DNA of 64,000 nt. It comes from Buchnera aphidicola (Microlophium carnosum) (lineage in GTDB: Bacteria > Pseudomonadota > Gammaproteobacteria > Enterobacterales > Enterobacteriaceae). The stretch lies in contig CP048747.1 of assembly GCA_011752475.1 (NCBI GenBank), positions 77,584-141,583 on the forward strand, given 5' to 3'. Below are positions 22,552-34,290 of the stretch, one piece after another. The stretch's first letter is position 1. Every line of letters starts with the position of its first letter. Below the pieces are notes generated by a model, which was given only the letters and a program-made list of their open reading frames with translations, made no database searches and had not been told where the DNA came from. A program made the translations under genes and the position numbers.

Positions 22552-22830
22552 TTATATAGGAGGAAATATATCATGATTTTTTTTTTCTAAATCTTTATCT
22601 GTATAAGGAATACTATATTCTTCTTTTTTATCGGGAATGCTGATCCCCTTTGGAACGATTAATTTTTTAAATTGATTTTTTGTATTGTAAAAATCAAAAT
22701 CATCATTTTTTTTAAAATCTTTTAATGTGCAAGATGTTATTAAAAATATATTTAATATTTGAAATATTATTGTTTTTTTAAAAAATGTTCTATAATATTT
22801 TAAGATTAGCATATTGAATGGCTTTTTCAA
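22552..22830 (-). CDS. bamC: Truncated BamC/NlpB-like lipoprotein (signal peptide, lipobox and N-terminal segment only)
   Basis: Lies immediately downstream of dapA, as in E. coli (dapA-nlpB). Lipobox-like ...[44 protein letters not shown] aligns with E. coli BamC [37 protein letters not shown]. Start is TTG 22830 or ATG 22812, and both overlap the dapA 3' end. Only 123 nt remain before the dapE stop, so the globular domains are gone. Confidence 0.6.
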   Translation of the reverse strand: MKKPFNMLILKYYRTFFKKTIIFQILNIFLITSCTLKDFKKNDDFDFYNTKNQFKKLIVPKGISIPDKKEEYSIPYTDKDLEKKNHDIFPPI

Positions 22831-23674
22831 GTTGAAAACGTGTAGAATCTAAAATAGGAGTCATGGGTAAACGAAGTGTATCATAATTTATTAATCCTGT
22901 TCTTTTAGCTAGCCATTTTATAGGGATGGGATTAGGTTCTATAAAAAGTGCTTCATGTAATAACATTAAACGATTATTTAGAGATCTAGCTTTAATAAAA
23001 TCTCCTTTTAATGCATATGAGCAAATTTTCATCATTTCTTTTGCAGCAACATTTGCTGTAACTGATATTACACCGTGACCGCCTAATTGTATAAAATCTA
23101 AAGCTGTTGCATCATCTCCGCTAATTAATAAGAAATCACTTGGAACTAATGCTTTTATTTTGTTAATTCTAGATAAATCTCCAGTTGCTTCTTTAATTCC
23201 TATTATATTTTTTAATTGAGCTAATTTTGCAACTGTTTCTGGAAGTAAATCACATCCTGTACGACTAGGCACATTATATAAAATTTGTGGTAATTCAGTA
23301 TTTTCTGAAATGGCTTTAAAATGTTGATATAATCCTTCTTGAGTAGGTTTATTATAATATGGAGTAACAGTTAAACAACCTGAAATACCAGATTTTTCAA
23401 ATCTGTTTGTTAAAGATATAGCTTCTGTTGTAGCATTTGCTCCTGTACCTGCAATAATTGGAATACGGTTGTCTGCCAATTCTAAAGTCAGCATAACAAT
23501 ATTTATATGTTCTTCTTGACTCAGTGTTGCGGATTCTCCAGTAGTTCCAATAGAAACAATAGCTGTAGTTTTATTAGTAATATGATAATTTATTAGTTTT
23601 TTTAAACTTGAATGACAAATCCGACCTTTTTCATCCATGGGTGTAATTAGTGCAACAATACTTCCTTTAAACAT
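22790..23674 (-). CDS. dapA: 4-hydroxy-tetrahydrodipicolinate synthase
   Basis: [17 protein letters not shown]...[13 protein letters not shown]...YNVPSRTG; 294 aa. Strong GGAGGAGGG Shine-Dalgarno upstream of the ATG. Confidence 0.95.
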   Translation of the reverse strand: MFKGSIVALITPMDEKGRICHSSLKKLINYHITNKTTAIVSIGTTGESATLSQEEHINIVMLTLELADNRIPIIAGTGANATTEAISLTNRFEKSGISGCLTVTPYYNKPTQEGLYQHFKAISENTELPQILYNVPSRTGCDLLPETVAKLAQLKNIIGIKEATGDLSRINKIKALVPSDFLLISGDDATALDFIQLGGHGVISVTANVAAKEMMKICSYALKGDFIKARSLNNRLMLLHEALFIEPNPIPIKWLAKRTGLINYDTLRLPMTPILDSTRFQLEKAIQYANLKIL

Positions 23675-24512
23675 TATTGGCCCTCCTCCATAAAAAATAT
23701 TTTATGGGATTTTTGACACATTTAAAAATAAAGTATATAGAAATTATGAGTATTATGTTTTTAAAATATAATTTTATTTTAAATATAAAAATATTAGATA
23801 ATACGATTTATATTATAAAGTATTAATTATTTAATATAATAAAAAATATTTTTTATTTTAATTTATATTTGATATACTTATCTTTATGTATTAAATGTAT
23901 ATTTTTTAGTTGTTTAGCAATCAAAAAAAAATTCATATATAAAAGTATATTGTTTAAATAAAAAATAAAGATAATAGTTAGTTGTTTTGGGTTATAAATA
24001 TGATAATATCGAGCACTATTATGGTGGAATTTATTTTATTTAATTAGATCAGAAAAATAGTAAAAACTAATAAATGAGTTAGAATAGAAAAATAACTTTT
24101 TTTGATACATCCATGACTTTGATTTGTATAATACAAGATTTTAATATGCTAGACAACAGCGAATTTTTTAAAAAATATAGCATATTAATAAATTAATTTT
24201 TACTACTAATAAACTCTTATTATTTCACACAAAAAATTAAAATTTTTTTTTTAAAAAAACAATTTTTTTATAAAAATTTAGTATTTAGAAAGATAAGTAT
24301 AACAATTTTTATTGTACTCTTTTTAAATTGGTTGTATTTTATAAGTAAAAATACTTAAACGATTTGAATATAAGACTCAATATCAAAAAACTTATTCTAT
24401 TTAAAATATAAAGTATAGCGATATTAATTTTTGAAAGAATTTATAATGTTTTTATATAATTATACTACTAAATAAATATTTACTTAGTAGTATTTATATA
24501 TTTTAAAAAAAA

Positions 24513-25577
24513 TTATTTTCCATTACATTGTGCACGAAATCTTAATAAATGATCCATTAATACAATTGCTACCATTGCTTCAGTTATTGGAACAGCACGT
24601 AATCCTACACATGGATCATGTCTACCTTTAGTGATGATTTGAACTGTTTCGTTATTTTGATTAATTGTATTTCCTACTTTTCGAATGCTTGATGTAGGTT
24701 TAAATGCTACTTTTAATAAAATATGTTCACCATTACTAATACCACCTAAAATGCCACCAGAACGATTAGTTAAAAATCCTTTTGGTGTAATTTCATCACG
24801 ATGTGTACTTCCTGTTTGAGTTACGACTGAAAATCCATCTCCGATTTCTATTCCTTTAACTGCATTAATACTCATTAAGGCATGTGCTAAATCAGCATCA
24901 AGACGATCAAAAACTGGTTCTCCTAATCCTATAGGAATATTTTCAGCAATAATTGTTATTTCGGCTCCAATCGAATCACCTATTTTTTTTAAATTTTTAA
25001 TTGAAGTTTCAAGTTCTGAAATTTTTTCAGTATCAGCACAGAAAAAAGGATTTTTTTCTACTTCTTCCCAAGATTTCAAAGAACATTTAATATTTCCCAT
25101 TGCTGATAAATATGCTCTTACTTTTACTCCATATTTATTTTTAAGATATTTTTTTGCGATAGCACCTGCTGCAACACGCATAGTAGTTTCGCGAGCAGAA
25201 GATCTTCCACCTCCACGATAATCTCTAATTCCATATTTTTTTTCATAAGTATAATCAGCATGTCCTGGTCGGAATATATTTTTGATATCATTATAATCTT
25301 GAGAACGTTGATCACTATTATAAATAATTAAACCGATACTAGTACCAGTTGTAAGTCCATTAAATATACCAGAAAGTATATGAATTTTGTCAGGTTCACA
25401 TCGTGGAGTTGTGTAACGAGAAGTTCCTGGTCGTCTCCGATTTAAATCATATTGTAAATCTTTACAAGATAATTCTAGACCTGGTGGTGTCCCATCAACT
25501 ACACATCCTAATGCTTCTCCGTGTGATTCACCAAAAGTAGTTACACAAAATATTTTACCGATTGTATTTCCAGACAT
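24513..25577 (-). CDS. aroC: Chorismate synthase
   Basis: [36 protein letters not shown]...RPGHADYTY...[10 protein letters not shown]; 354 aa. Confidence 0.95.
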   Translation of the reverse strand: MSGNTIGKIFCVTTFGESHGEALGCVVDGTPPGLELSCKDLQYDLNRRRPGTSRYTTPRCEPDKIHILSGIFNGLTTGTSIGLIIYNSDQRSQDYNDIKNIFRPGHADYTYEKKYGIRDYRGGGRSSARETTMRVAAGAIAKKYLKNKYGVKVRAYLSAMGNIKCSLKSWEEVEKNPFFCADTEKISELETSIKNLKKIGDSIGAEITIIAENIPIGLGEPVFDRLDADLAHALMSINAVKGIEIGDGFSVVTQTGSTHRDEITPKGFLTNRSGGILGGISNGEHILLKVAFKPTSSIRKVGNTINQNNETVQIITKGRHDPCVGLRAVPITEAMVAIVLMDHLLRFRAQCNGK

Positions 25578-25863
25578 TTTTATTTTTCTATAATTGTTAA
25601 AATATAATAATATAACTATACAGAATAAATAAAAAAAAATGATTCTTTATTTCTTGAAAAATTAAAATTATTTTTTTTAAAAATATCAATTATTGAAAAT
25701 AGCTTATTTACTATATAGTCTGCTAATAATATTTTTTTATTTGTTGTTTTTACAAAAACTAAATTATATAATTAATAAAAAATACGTAAATCATTATAAA
25801 AATTACAAGTAAATTGTATATGTATTTAAAATTTTCAATTAATATTATTGGTAAAAAATAATT

Positions 25864-26397
25864 ATGAATAAAAATAGACGACATGCTATTAATTCGAATA
25901 TTTTATTTCGTAAATGGTTAAATGGTACTCGTGAGATAGTACAAGACACTATTTTTCATTCTCGAGTTCATAAAAAAAATAATACTAATACGGTATCTCA
26001 GCGAATTTTTTTAGAGAAAAATGCTCATACACATTATTTTTCTGATAAAAATAAAAAAGATTTATTTCAAGATAATCCCGTTTCTTATGTTCGTCATCAA
26101 AGTTTATACAATATATTAAAAAATATAAAAAAAGGAAAATATGAACCAGATATATTTCTTGATTTACATGGATTAACACAATATCAAGCACAACAAGCAT
26201 TAGCTGAATTAATCACAATATGTCAAAAAGAAAAAATTTTTTGTGCTCATATTATGCATGGACATGGTAAACATATTTTAAAAAAACAAATGCCTTTTTG
26301 GCTATCTCAACATCCAGATATCATAGCTTTCCATGAAGCTCCTAAATTTTTTGGAAGCGATGCTGCAATCATAGTTATAATTGAAGTTAATTTTTAA
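25864..26397 (+). CDS. smrB: Smr-domain ribosome-rescue endonuclease SmrB (YfcN)
   Basis: C-terminal Smr domain LDLHGLTQYQAQQALAELI...HGHGKHILKKQMPFWLSQHPDIIAFHEAP. Confidence 0.85.
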   Translation: MNKNRRHAINSNILFRKWLNGTREIVQDTIFHSRVHKKNNTNTVSQRIFLEKNAHTHYFSDKNKKDLFQDNPVSYVRHQSLYNILKNIKKGKYEPDIFLDLHGLTQYQAQQALAELITICQKEKIFCAHIMHGHGKHILKKQMPFWLSQHPDIIAFHEAPKFFGSDAAIIVIIEVNF

Positions 26398-26728
26398 AGA
26401 AAAAAATACAAATATTTTAACTAATAAATTAAATAATTTTATATCAAAGATATAAAAATAAAATTTTTATTTTTTAATACAATTCTAATTTTTTAATTTT
26501 AAATTAATTATTAATCACTTTAAATTTCATTAATCATGTTTTTCAATGTAAATAAAATTTTTTAAATTCAATTAAAATCGTATTATTATCTTTTTAAATA
26601 TCAAAAAGTATTTTAATAAAAGTGTGTAAAACAAAACTAGTATCAATAATTTTTATATGAACATTATTCGCGTTGTTAAAATTATTTAATTATTATGTTT
26701 TTTCATATTATAGAGAAATATTTTTTTT

Positions 26729-26760
26729 AAAAACCCTTATTTATTTGGGTTTTTTTATTT
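26729..26760 (+). terminator. Terminator-like hairpin about 65 nt upstream of hisG (possible fossil his attenuator)
   Basis: aaaaaccc (26729-26736), 10-nt loop, gggttttt (26747-26754), inside a T7 run (26750-26756). Confidence 0.45.
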
Positions 26761-26824
26761 TTGAAAAAAAATAAAAGTTATAATTTTTTTTGTTTAATAT
26801 AAAGAATTTTAAAGGATTTCAAAT

Positions 26825-27724
26825 ATGTTTGACAATAATCGTATACGTATAGCGATGCAAAAAACTGGTCGTTTAAGCAACGATTCTATAAGACTATTAA
26901 CATGTTGTGGTATTAGAATTAATTTAAAACAACAAAAGCTAATAGCTTTTGCTGAAAACATGCCGATTGATGTTATGTTAGTCCGTGATGATGATATTCC
27001 TGGGTTAGTAATGGATGGTGTTGTAGATTTAGGAATAGTCGGAGAAAATGTTCTTGAAGAAGAGTTATTAAAACGAACGTCGCAAAAACTAGAATATTCT
27101 TATGTTACTTTAAGACGACTTGATTTTGGAGTGTGTAGATTATCTTTAGCTTTACCAGTAAATACTACATACTCTAGTATAAAATGCTTAAAAAACATTA
27201 GAATTGCTACTTCATATCCTTATTTGTTAAAAAAATATTTAGATCAAAAAAATGTCTCATTTAAATTATGCATGTTAAATGGATCAGTAGAAGTTGCACC
27301 TAGAGCTGGTTTAGCAGATGCTATTTGTGATTTAGTTTCTACAGGAGCCACATTAGAAGCTAATGGTTTACGTGAAGTACAAATAGTTTATCATTCTCAT
27401 GCATGTCTTATTTCTAAGACTGGAAACATTAATGCTATAAAAAAAGAAGTTATTAGTAAATTAATGACTCGTATTAAAGGTGTGATTAAAGCTCGTGAAT
27501 CCAAATATATCATGTTGCATGCTCCTGTAAAAAAATTGGAAGAAGTAATATCTTTACTACATGGAGCAGAAAAACCGACTATTCTAAAATTAGCAGGGGA
27601 TAATGATCGAGTAGCCATGCATATGGTAAGCAGTGAAACACTATTTTGGGAAACAATGGAAAAATTAAAATTATTAGGAGCTAGTTCAATTTTAGTTTTA
27701 CCAATTGAAAAAATGATGGAGTAA
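26825..27724 (+). CDS. hisG: ATP phosphoribosyltransferase
   Basis: [18 protein letters not shown]...[14 protein letters not shown]; first gene of the hisGDCBHAFI order. Confidence 0.94.
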   Translation: MFDNNRIRIAMQKTGRLSNDSIRLLTCCGIRINLKQQKLIAFAENMPIDVMLVRDDDIPGLVMDGVVDLGIVGENVLEEELLKRTSQKLEYSYVTLRRLDFGVCRLSLALPVNTTYSSIKCLKNIRIATSYPYLLKKYLDQKNVSFKLCMLNGSVEVAPRAGLADAICDLVSTGATLEANGLREVQIVYHSHACLISKTGNINAIKKEVISKLMTRIKGVIKARESKYIMLHAPVKKLEEVISLLHGAEKPTILKLAGDNDRVAMHMVSSETLFWETMEKLKLLGASSILVLPIEKMME

Positions 27725-27732
27725 AAACTATA

Positions 27733-29040
27733 ATGAAATATTTTAACAATTTAATTTATTGGAATAAATTAAATTCTAATGAACAAAAAAAAATATTATC
27801 AAGACCTTTTTTTAAAAAAAGCAATACTATTAAAAAAACTGTTACAGAAATTATAGAAAACATTAAAACGTTAGGTGATCAAGCATTAAAAAAATATACC
27901 TTTTTATTTGACAAATGTGATTTAAATCAATTTCAAATTTCAGAAAAAAAAATTTCTTCCGCTTCATCTTACCTAAGTGATATTTTAAAAACCTCTATTT
28001 TAATTGCAAAAAAAAACATTACTTTGTTTCATAAAGCTCAAATTTCATCAACAGTAGATATTGAAACAGAAATTGGAGTGCGTTGTCAGCAAATTAATCT
28101 ACCTTTAAATTCGATAGGTATTTATATACCTGGTGGAACTGCACCTTTTTTTTCAACTGTATTAATGTTAGCGATACCTGCAAAAATTGCTGGTTGTAAA
28201 GAAGTTGTTCTTTGTTCGCCTCCTCCGATTAGCAACGAAATTCTCTATACAGCTGATATTTGCGGGATTAAAAAAATTTTTCAAGTTGGTGGAGCGCAAG
28301 CTATAGCAGCTCTTTCTTTAGGAACTGAGACTATTCCTAAAGTAGACAAGATTTTTGGTCCAGGAAATGCTTATGTTACAGAAGCAAAATTACAAGTTAA
28401 TTCTATTGCTGATGGAACTGCAATAGATATGTTAGCAGGACCTTCAGAACTATTAATAATTGCTGATTATAGTGCTAATGCAGATTTTTTGGCCGCTGAT
28501 TTATTGTCTCAAGCTGAACACGGTATATCCTCGCAAGTTATTTTACTAACATCATGTGTTGAATTAGCAAAAAATGTAATTTATTCTCTTAATAAACAAT
28601 TAAACAATTTATCTAGATTATCAGAAATTTTAATAGCATTAAAAAATAGTACGATTATTATTACTGAAAATTTATCAGAATGTATTAAAATATCTAATTT
28701 ATATGCGCCTGAACATTTAATCATTCAAACAAAATCACCTAGAGAGGTGCTTAATTATATCTCTAATGCTAGTTCTATTTTTTTAGGTTTATGGTCTCCT
28801 GAATCTGCAGGTGACTATGCGTCTGGAACAAATCATGTTCTACCAACATATGGAAAATCTGTTACTAATTCTGCTTTAGGATTATCTGATTTTCAAAAAC
28901 GCATATTAGTGCAAGAGTTAACACCACAAGGATTGATCAAATTATCTAATACTCTTGAAATTTTATCTTCTGCAGAAAAACTTGAAGCACATAAAAATGC
29001 TGTAAAAATTCGAATAGATTTTTTAAAGAGAAAAATATGA
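27733..29040 (+). CDS. hisD: Histidinol dehydrogenase
   Basis: 435 aa. GIYIPGGTAPFFSTVLM, LLSQAEHG and APEHLII motifs. Confidence 0.94.
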   Translation: MKYFNNLIYWNKLNSNEQKKILSRPFFKKSNTIKKTVTEIIENIKTLGDQALKKYTFLFDKCDLNQFQISEKKISSASSYLSDILKTSILIAKKNITLFHKAQISSTVDIETEIGVRCQQINLPLNSIGIYIPGGTAPFFSTVLMLAIPAKIAGCKEVVLCSPPPISNEILYTADICGIKKIFQVGGAQAIAALSLGTETIPKVDKIFGPGNAYVTEAKLQVNSIADGTAIDMLAGPSELLIIADYSANADFLAADLLSQAEHGISSQVILLTSCVELAKNVIYSLNKQLNNLSRLSEILIALKNSTIIITENLSECIKISNLYAPEHLIIQTKSPREVLNYISNASSIFLGLWSPESAGDYASGTNHVLPTYGKSVTNSALGLSDFQKRILVQELTPQGLIKLSNTLEILSSAEKLEAHKNAVKIRIDFLKRKI

Positions 29041-30143
29041 CAGATAATATTCTAAAATTAGCTAGAACTAATATACAAGATTTAATACCTTATCAATCTG
29101 CAAGACGTATAGGAGGTGAGCATGGTAACGTATTATTAAACGCTAATGAATCACCTGTACCTGTTTTTTTTGAATTAAAAAAAAGATCATTTAATCGCTA
29201 TCCAGAATGTCAACCGAATAATTTAATAGTTTCTTATGCTAATTATGTTAATTTATCTTATGATCAAATTTTAGTTACAAGAGGTGCTGATGAAGGAATT
29301 GAATTGTTAATTAAAGCTTTTTGTGAACCAGGAAAAGATGCAATTATTTATTGTCCTCCCACTTATGATATGTATCGAATAAATGCAAAAATAGCTGGTA
29401 TAGAAATAAAAGAAATTCCTACCATTAAAAATACTTGGCAATTAGATTTGCCAAAAATTGCGTTAAATTTAAGCAGAGTAAAATTAGTGTATATTTGTAA
29501 TCCTAATAATCCCACTGCAAATATTTTTTTAAAAGAAGATCTAATATTCTTACTAAATATAACTTTAGGTCGATCTTTAGTTGTTATCGATGAAGCTTAT
29601 ATTGAATTTTCTCCAAAAGAAAGTATGACAAATGACTTAAAAAAATATCCAAACTTAGTTATTCTACGAACATTGTCCAAGGCTTTTTCTTTAGCTGGGA
29701 TAAGATGTGGTTTTACTTTAGCAAAAAAAGAAATTATTAAAATTTTAAATAAAGTTATCAGTCCTTATCCGATATCAATACCTGTTGCTGATATAGCGGT
29801 GAAATCTTTAGAAACACATTATATTAAATTAATGCAAAGCAGAGTATTAGATTCAAACAATAATCGTATTTGGTTAATTAATCAATTACAAAATATTTCT
29901 TGTGTAGAAAAAGTATTTGAAAGCCATACAAATTATGTATTAGTAAAATTTTTTATGTTTAAAAAAGTTTTTAAAACTTTATGGAATCAAGGAATAATTT
30001 TAAGAAATCAAAATGAGAAAGTTAATATAAAAAAATGTATAAGAATTTCAATAGGAACACGTTTAGAATCTTCACGTTTAATTGAAGAGCTTAAAATTTT
30101 TTCTAAAAAACATATTTTTCAAGGTGATATGAGTGAAAAATAA
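29037..30143 (+). CDS. hisC: Histidinol-phosphate aminotransferase
   Basis: 368 aa. LNANESP..., YPECQP, RTLSKAFSLAGIRCGF (PLP-Lys motif). ATGA overlap with hisD. Confidence 0.93.
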   Translation: MTDNILKLARTNIQDLIPYQSARRIGGEHGNVLLNANESPVPVFFELKKRSFNRYPECQPNNLIVSYANYVNLSYDQILVTRGADEGIELLIKAFCEPGKDAIIYCPPTYDMYRINAKIAGIEIKEIPTIKNTWQLDLPKIALNLSRVKLVYICNPNNPTANIFLKEDLIFLLNITLGRSLVVIDEAYIEFSPKESMTNDLKKYPNLVILRTLSKAFSLAGIRCGFTLAKKEIIKILNKVISPYPISIPVADIAVKSLETHYIKLMQSRVLDSNNNRIWLINQLQNISCVEKVFESHTNYVLVKFFMFKKVFKTLWNQGIILRNQNEKVNIKKCIRISIGTRLESSRLIEELKIFSKKHIFQGDMSEK

Positions 30144-31194
30144 AATATTATTTATTGATCGAGATGGGACATTAATTGATGAACCTATTAATACTTACCA
30201 GATAGATTCAATAAGTAAATTAATATTTAAAAAAAATGTCATTTCTTCATTGCGTAAATTAATAAAACTTGGTTATAAATTAATTATGGTGACTAACCAA
30301 GATGGTCTTGGTACTAAAAATTTTCCTCTTGAAAATTTTAATGTACCTCATATTTTTATGTTGAAAATTTTTCGTTCAGAAGGAGTGATATTCGATGATA
30401 TATTAATTTGCCCTCATTTTTTAGATGATCATTGTGAATGTCGTAAACCTAAAATAAATATGATAAAACCATGGTTAAATAAAATAGATTTGAAAAGTAG
30501 CTACGTTATTGGTGACCGAAGTACAGATATAGAACTATCAAAAAATCTTCGAATCAAAGGCATTCAATATCAAGAAAACATATGTGGTTGGGTTGATATT
30601 GAAAAATATATTATAAAACATAACAGATATTCTAGAATTATTAGAAAAACAAAAGAAACTACAGTTCATGTTGACGTTTGGTTAGATCTAGAAGAAACAA
30701 GTAAAATTGATACTGGTATAAAGTTTTTTGATCATATGTTAGAACAATTAGCAGTACATAGTGGTATTTGTATGAATGTTTCTACACAAGGCGATCTTCA
30801 TATTGATGATCATCATACAATAGAAGATACAGGTATTGTATTAGGGGAAGCGTTATTACAAGCTTTAGGAAAAAAAAATGGTTTGTGTAGATTCGGTTTT
30901 TACTTACCTATGGACGAAAGTAAATCTAATTGTATTATGGATATATCAAATCGTCCATACCTAAATTTTAAAGCCAATTTTAACTATAAAATGGTTGGTG
31001 ATCTTAGTACTGATATGGTTGAACATTTTTTTTATTCCCTTTGTTATTCTATGAAAATCACACTTCATTTATATGCTGAAGGAAAAAATGATCACCATTG
31101 TATTGAAAGTTTATTTAAGGTTTTTGGTCGTACGTTACGTCAAGCTATTAAGCTAGAAGGCAATGTGTTACCTACTTCAAAAGGGATTTTATGA
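30133..31194 (+). CDS. hisB: Bifunctional histidinol-phosphatase / imidazoleglycerol-phosphate dehydratase
   Basis: GTG start overlapping the hisC end. [15 protein letters not shown] (HAD motif) and [15 protein letters not shown] / [14 protein letters not shown] (IGPD motifs). Confidence 0.94.
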   Translation: MKNKILFIDRDGTLIDEPINTYQIDSISKLIFKKNVISSLRKLIKLGYKLIMVTNQDGLGTKNFPLENFNVPHIFMLKIFRSEGVIFDDILICPHFLDDHCECRKPKINMIKPWLNKIDLKSSYVIGDRSTDIELSKNLRIKGIQYQENICGWVDIEKYIIKHNRYSRIIRKTKETTVHVDVWLDLEETSKIDTGIKFFDHMLEQLAVHSGICMNVSTQGDLHIDDHHTIEDTGIVLGEALLQALGKKNGLCRFGFYLPMDESKSNCIMDISNRPYLNFKANFNYKMVGDLSTDMVEHFFYSLCYSMKITLHLYAEGKNDHHCIESLFKVFGRTLRQAIKLEGNVLPTSKGIL

Positions 31195-31784
31195 TGAACA
31201 TAGTAATAGTAGATACTGGTTGTGCGAATTTAACATCGATAAAAGTAGCAATTAAAAATTTAGGGTATGATCCTATAATAACTTCAGCACCATCTATTAT
31301 CTCACAATCTAAAAAGATTTTTTTACCTGGAGTAGGAACTGCTTCTTCAGCAATGAATTTTTTATTTCAAAAAAATATAGTTAGTATTATTCAAAAATTC
31401 AAACAACCAATATTAGGAATATGTCTTGGCATGCAATTGTTTTGTGATTTTAGTGAAGAATGTAATGGTGTAAAAACACTTGGAATCATTAAATCGTCTG
31501 CATTACGTTTAAAAACTAATCATTTACCATTACCTCATATTGGTTGGAACCAAATTATATTTCATACAGAGCATCCTTTATTTAAAAAAATACCAAATCA
31601 CTCGAGATTTTATTTCGTTCATAGTTATATAGTTCCTATCAATAAATACACATTGTCTACAACTAATTATGGTCTAGATTTTAGTTCAGTTATACAAAAA
31701 AATAATTTTTTTGGAGTTCAATTTCATCCAGAAAAATCTGGAAATATAGGTTCGCAATTGTTAAAAAATTTTTTGGAGATGTAA
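31191..31784 (+). CDS. hisH: Imidazole glycerol phosphate synthase, glutaminase subunit
   Basis: M(M)[21 protein letters not shown] (catalytic Cys), FHPEKSG. Confidence 0.94.
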   Translation: MMNIVIVDTGCANLTSIKVAIKNLGYDPIITSAPSIISQSKKIFLPGVGTASSAMNFLFQKNIVSIIQKFKQPILGICLGMQLFCDFSEECNGVKTLGIIKSSALRLKTNHLPLPHIGWNQIIFHTEHPLFKKIPNHSRFYFVHSYIVPINKYTLSTTNYGLDFSSVIQKNNFFGVQFHPEKSGNIGSQLLKNFLEM

Positions 31785-31788
31785 ATTA

Positions 31789-32529
31789 ATGATTATTCCA
31801 GCATTTGACTTAATCGATGGTAGAGCAGTACGTTTATATCAAGGTAATTATTTAAATAAAAAAAATTACGATATAAATTTACTTTCTCATTTAGAAGAAT
31901 ATAAATTAAAAAATGTTAAAATTGTTCACTTAGTAGATTTAGACGGAGCAAAAGACAGCAATAATAGACAAATAGCATTATTGAAAAAAGTTTTATCTTG
32001 TACTGCTATTCCTATACAAATAGGTGGCGGGGTAAGAACTACCAAAGATATAAGTACGCTTCTTAGTTTAGGAGCTAAAAGAGTAGTGATTGGTTCTTCT
32101 GTTATAGATAATACAAACAAAGTAAAAGAATGGTTAAAAATTTATGGTTCAGATTCAATTGTTTTAGCATTAGACGTAAACATTAATAGTCATAATGAAA
32201 AAGAAATATATATTAATGGTTGGCAAAAAAGAACTAATTTGATGCTTGAGGAAGTCATTGAATATTTTTTACCGAGTGGTTTAAAACATGTATTATGTAC
32301 AGATATATCTAAAGATGGAACATTACTAGGACCAAATTTTAATTTATATAAAGAAATTACTAATTCTTTTAAAAGTATACATTTTCAAGCATCTGGTGGG
32401 GTATCTACCTTACAAGATATTATTTCTTTAAAACAAACTGGAATTAAAAGTATTATTATTGGCCGTAGTTTATTAGAAAAAAAATTTACGATAGAAGAGG
32501 TTTTAAAATGTTGGCAAAGCGAATCATAG
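31789..32529 (+). CDS. hisA: ProFAR isomerase
   Basis: [21 protein letters not shown]...HLVDLDGA...IQIGGGVRT. Confidence 0.94.
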   Translation: MIIPAFDLIDGRAVRLYQGNYLNKKNYDINLLSHLEEYKLKNVKIVHLVDLDGAKDSNNRQIALLKKVLSCTAIPIQIGGGVRTTKDISTLLSLGAKRVVIGSSVIDNTNKVKEWLKIYGSDSIVLALDVNINSHNEKEIYINGWQKRTNLMLEEVIEYFLPSGLKHVLCTDISKDGTLLGPNFNLYKEITNSFKSIHFQASGGVSTLQDIISLKQTGIKSIIIGRSLLEKKFTIEEVLKCWQSES

Positions 32530-33284
32530 CATGTCTTGATGTTAATAACGGTGTAGTAGTAAAAGGGATCAAATTTCAAAATCATAAGATTGTAGGTGAT
32601 ATTTTGCCATTATCTAAACGTTACACAAAAGAAGGTATAGATGAATTAGTATTTTATGATATAACTGCTTCAACAAGAAATAAATTAGTTAATAAAATCT
32701 GGATAAAAAATATTGCTAAAATAATAAATATTCCATTTTGTGTAGCTGGAGGAATTAAAAGTGTAGAAGACGCAGGAAGCATTTTATCTAGTGGTGCAGA
32801 TAAAATATCGATTAATTCTGCAGCATTAATGGATCCTGATTTAATTACTAAAATTTCAGAACGTTTTGGCGTACAGTGTACGGTAGTTGGTATTGATTCT
32901 TGGTTTGATAAAGAAAAAAATTCTTATATGGTACAGCAATATACAGGAGATATCAGAAAAACTTATCAAACTTGTTGGAAAACATCTGATTGGGTAAAAA
33001 AAGTTCAAGAAAAAGGTGCTGGTGAAATCGTTTTAAATGTAATGAATAAAGATGGATTGCAACAAGGATACGATCTTTCGCATCTAAGCGAAATAAGAGA
33101 AATATGTAAAGTTCCCTTAGTTGCATCAGGAGGTGCAGGAAATATAACACATTTTTATGAAGCATTACATTATTCTAACGTAGATGGAGTATTAGCGGCA
33201 TCTGTTTTCCACAGAAATATAGTAGATATACGCACTTTAAAAAATTTTTTAATTGCACGGGGAATGGAGATTAGAGAATGTTAA
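32508..33284 (+). CDS. hisF: Imidazole glycerol phosphate synthase, cyclase subunit
   Basis: [20 protein letters not shown]...[11 protein letters not shown]...VAGGI...ASGGAG. Confidence 0.94.
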   Translation: MLAKRIIACLDVNNGVVVKGIKFQNHKIVGDILPLSKRYTKEGIDELVFYDITASTRNKLVNKIWIKNIAKIINIPFCVAGGIKSVEDAGSILSSGADKISINSAALMDPDLITKISERFGVQCTVVGIDSWFDKEKNSYMVQQYTGDIRKTYQTCWKTSDWVKKVQEKGAGEIVLNVMNKDGLQQGYDLSHLSEIREICKVPLVASGGAGNITHFYEALHYSNVDGVLAASVFHRNIVDIRTLKNFLIARGMEIREC

Positions 33285-33910
33285 GAACAAGTAATTTAGT
33301 AAATCTTAATTGGAAAAAAACTAATGGCATGATTCCTGCAATCATACAAGATTATTCTTCGAATGAAATTTTAATGCATGGATACATGAATAAAGAAGCT
33401 TTATTAAAAACCCAAAAAGATGGTTTAGTGACATTTTATTCTCGTACTAAGAATTGTTTATGGACTAAAGGAGAAACATCAGGAAATTATTTACAAGTAA
33501 TTGAAATTAGTACGGATTGTGATCATGATGCATTGTTAATTTTAGTTACTCCCCAAGGGAAGACATGTCATTTAGGAAATACGAGTTGTTTTATTTTAAA
33601 GGAAAATAATATAAATTTTTTATTTCGATTAGAAAAAATTATAGAGGATAGAAAAAATAAATTTTCTACTCATTCATATACGTCTAGTTTATATGAATCG
33701 GGAACAAGTCGTATAGCCCAAAAAGTAGGTGAAGAGGCTGTAGAAACAATATTAGCCGCCATGAAGAAAGATTCAAATGAATTAATCAATGAATCTTCAG
33801 ATCTAATTTATCATCTTATTGTATTATTGCATGATCAAAATTTAAATTTAAATATAGTTCTTGATAATTTGAAAAAAAGAAGAAAAAAAAAATTACATAT
33901 TAATCTTTAG
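33278..33910 (+). CDS. hisI: Bifunctional phosphoribosyl-AMP cyclohydrolase / phosphoribosyl-ATP pyrophosphatase
   Basis: [24 protein letters not shown]...[15 protein letters not shown] plus a C-terminal PRA-PH part ([17 protein letters not shown]). Last gene of the operon. Confidence 0.93.
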   Translation: MLRTSNLVNLNWKKTNGMIPAIIQDYSSNEILMHGYMNKEALLKTQKDGLVTFYSRTKNCLWTKGETSGNYLQVIEISTDCDHDALLILVTPQGKTCHLGNTSCFILKENNINFLFRLEKIIEDRKNKFSTHSYTSSLYESGTSRIAQKVGEEAVETILAAMKKDSNELINESSDLIYHLIVLLHDQNLNLNIVLDNLKKRRKKKLHINL

Positions 33911-34290
33911 AAAATTAAATGTATAATATTAAAAAATATTAATAAAAACAGATCTATGACATTTCAATTTCAAAAATAAATTTCAATAATATAAAACACA
34001 TATATATTATGTGTGATTATACGTAAACATCTCCATTTTTAAAAAATTTCTTAGATATTATATGAGTAAATTTTTCTTTTTTTACAAAATCAAATATTAA
34101 TATAATTTTTGCAAAGTTTTTATCTGTATTTTAAATTAATAAAAATACTTTTTTCATATTTTATTTTAAATTAATGAAAAATTGAAAATATTTGTAATAT
34201 CATTTATTGTGTAAGAAATTAAATGAAATGTAATAATTTTTAACAATGATGATTTAATATTTATTTAGCATATTGTAATTGGAGAAAGAA

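Noticed and set aside
23714-23748. Sigma-70-like TTGACA, 17 nt, TATAGA on the plus strand upstream of dapA.
   Set aside because: It points away from dapA into 800 bp with no gene on that strand. -10/-35-like hexamers occur by chance at high density in DNA this AT-rich. No promoter calls are made anywhere in the window for the same reason.
25578-25863. Possible prmB (yfcB) relic between divergent aroC and smrB, where I recall E. coli having prmB.
   Set aside because: Only 286 nt remain, and I could not recognise any PrmB-like peptide in any frame. This is treated as a complete deletion, not a detectable pseudogene.
34004-34025. Palindrome acacata-tatat-tatgtgt in the hisI-gnd spacer, and the aatgcaga/tctgcatt repeat (22467-22497) between dapE and the bamC remnant.
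   Set aside because: They have short stems, a long loop (15 nt in the second case) and no U-tract. They cannot be distinguished from chance inverted repeats.
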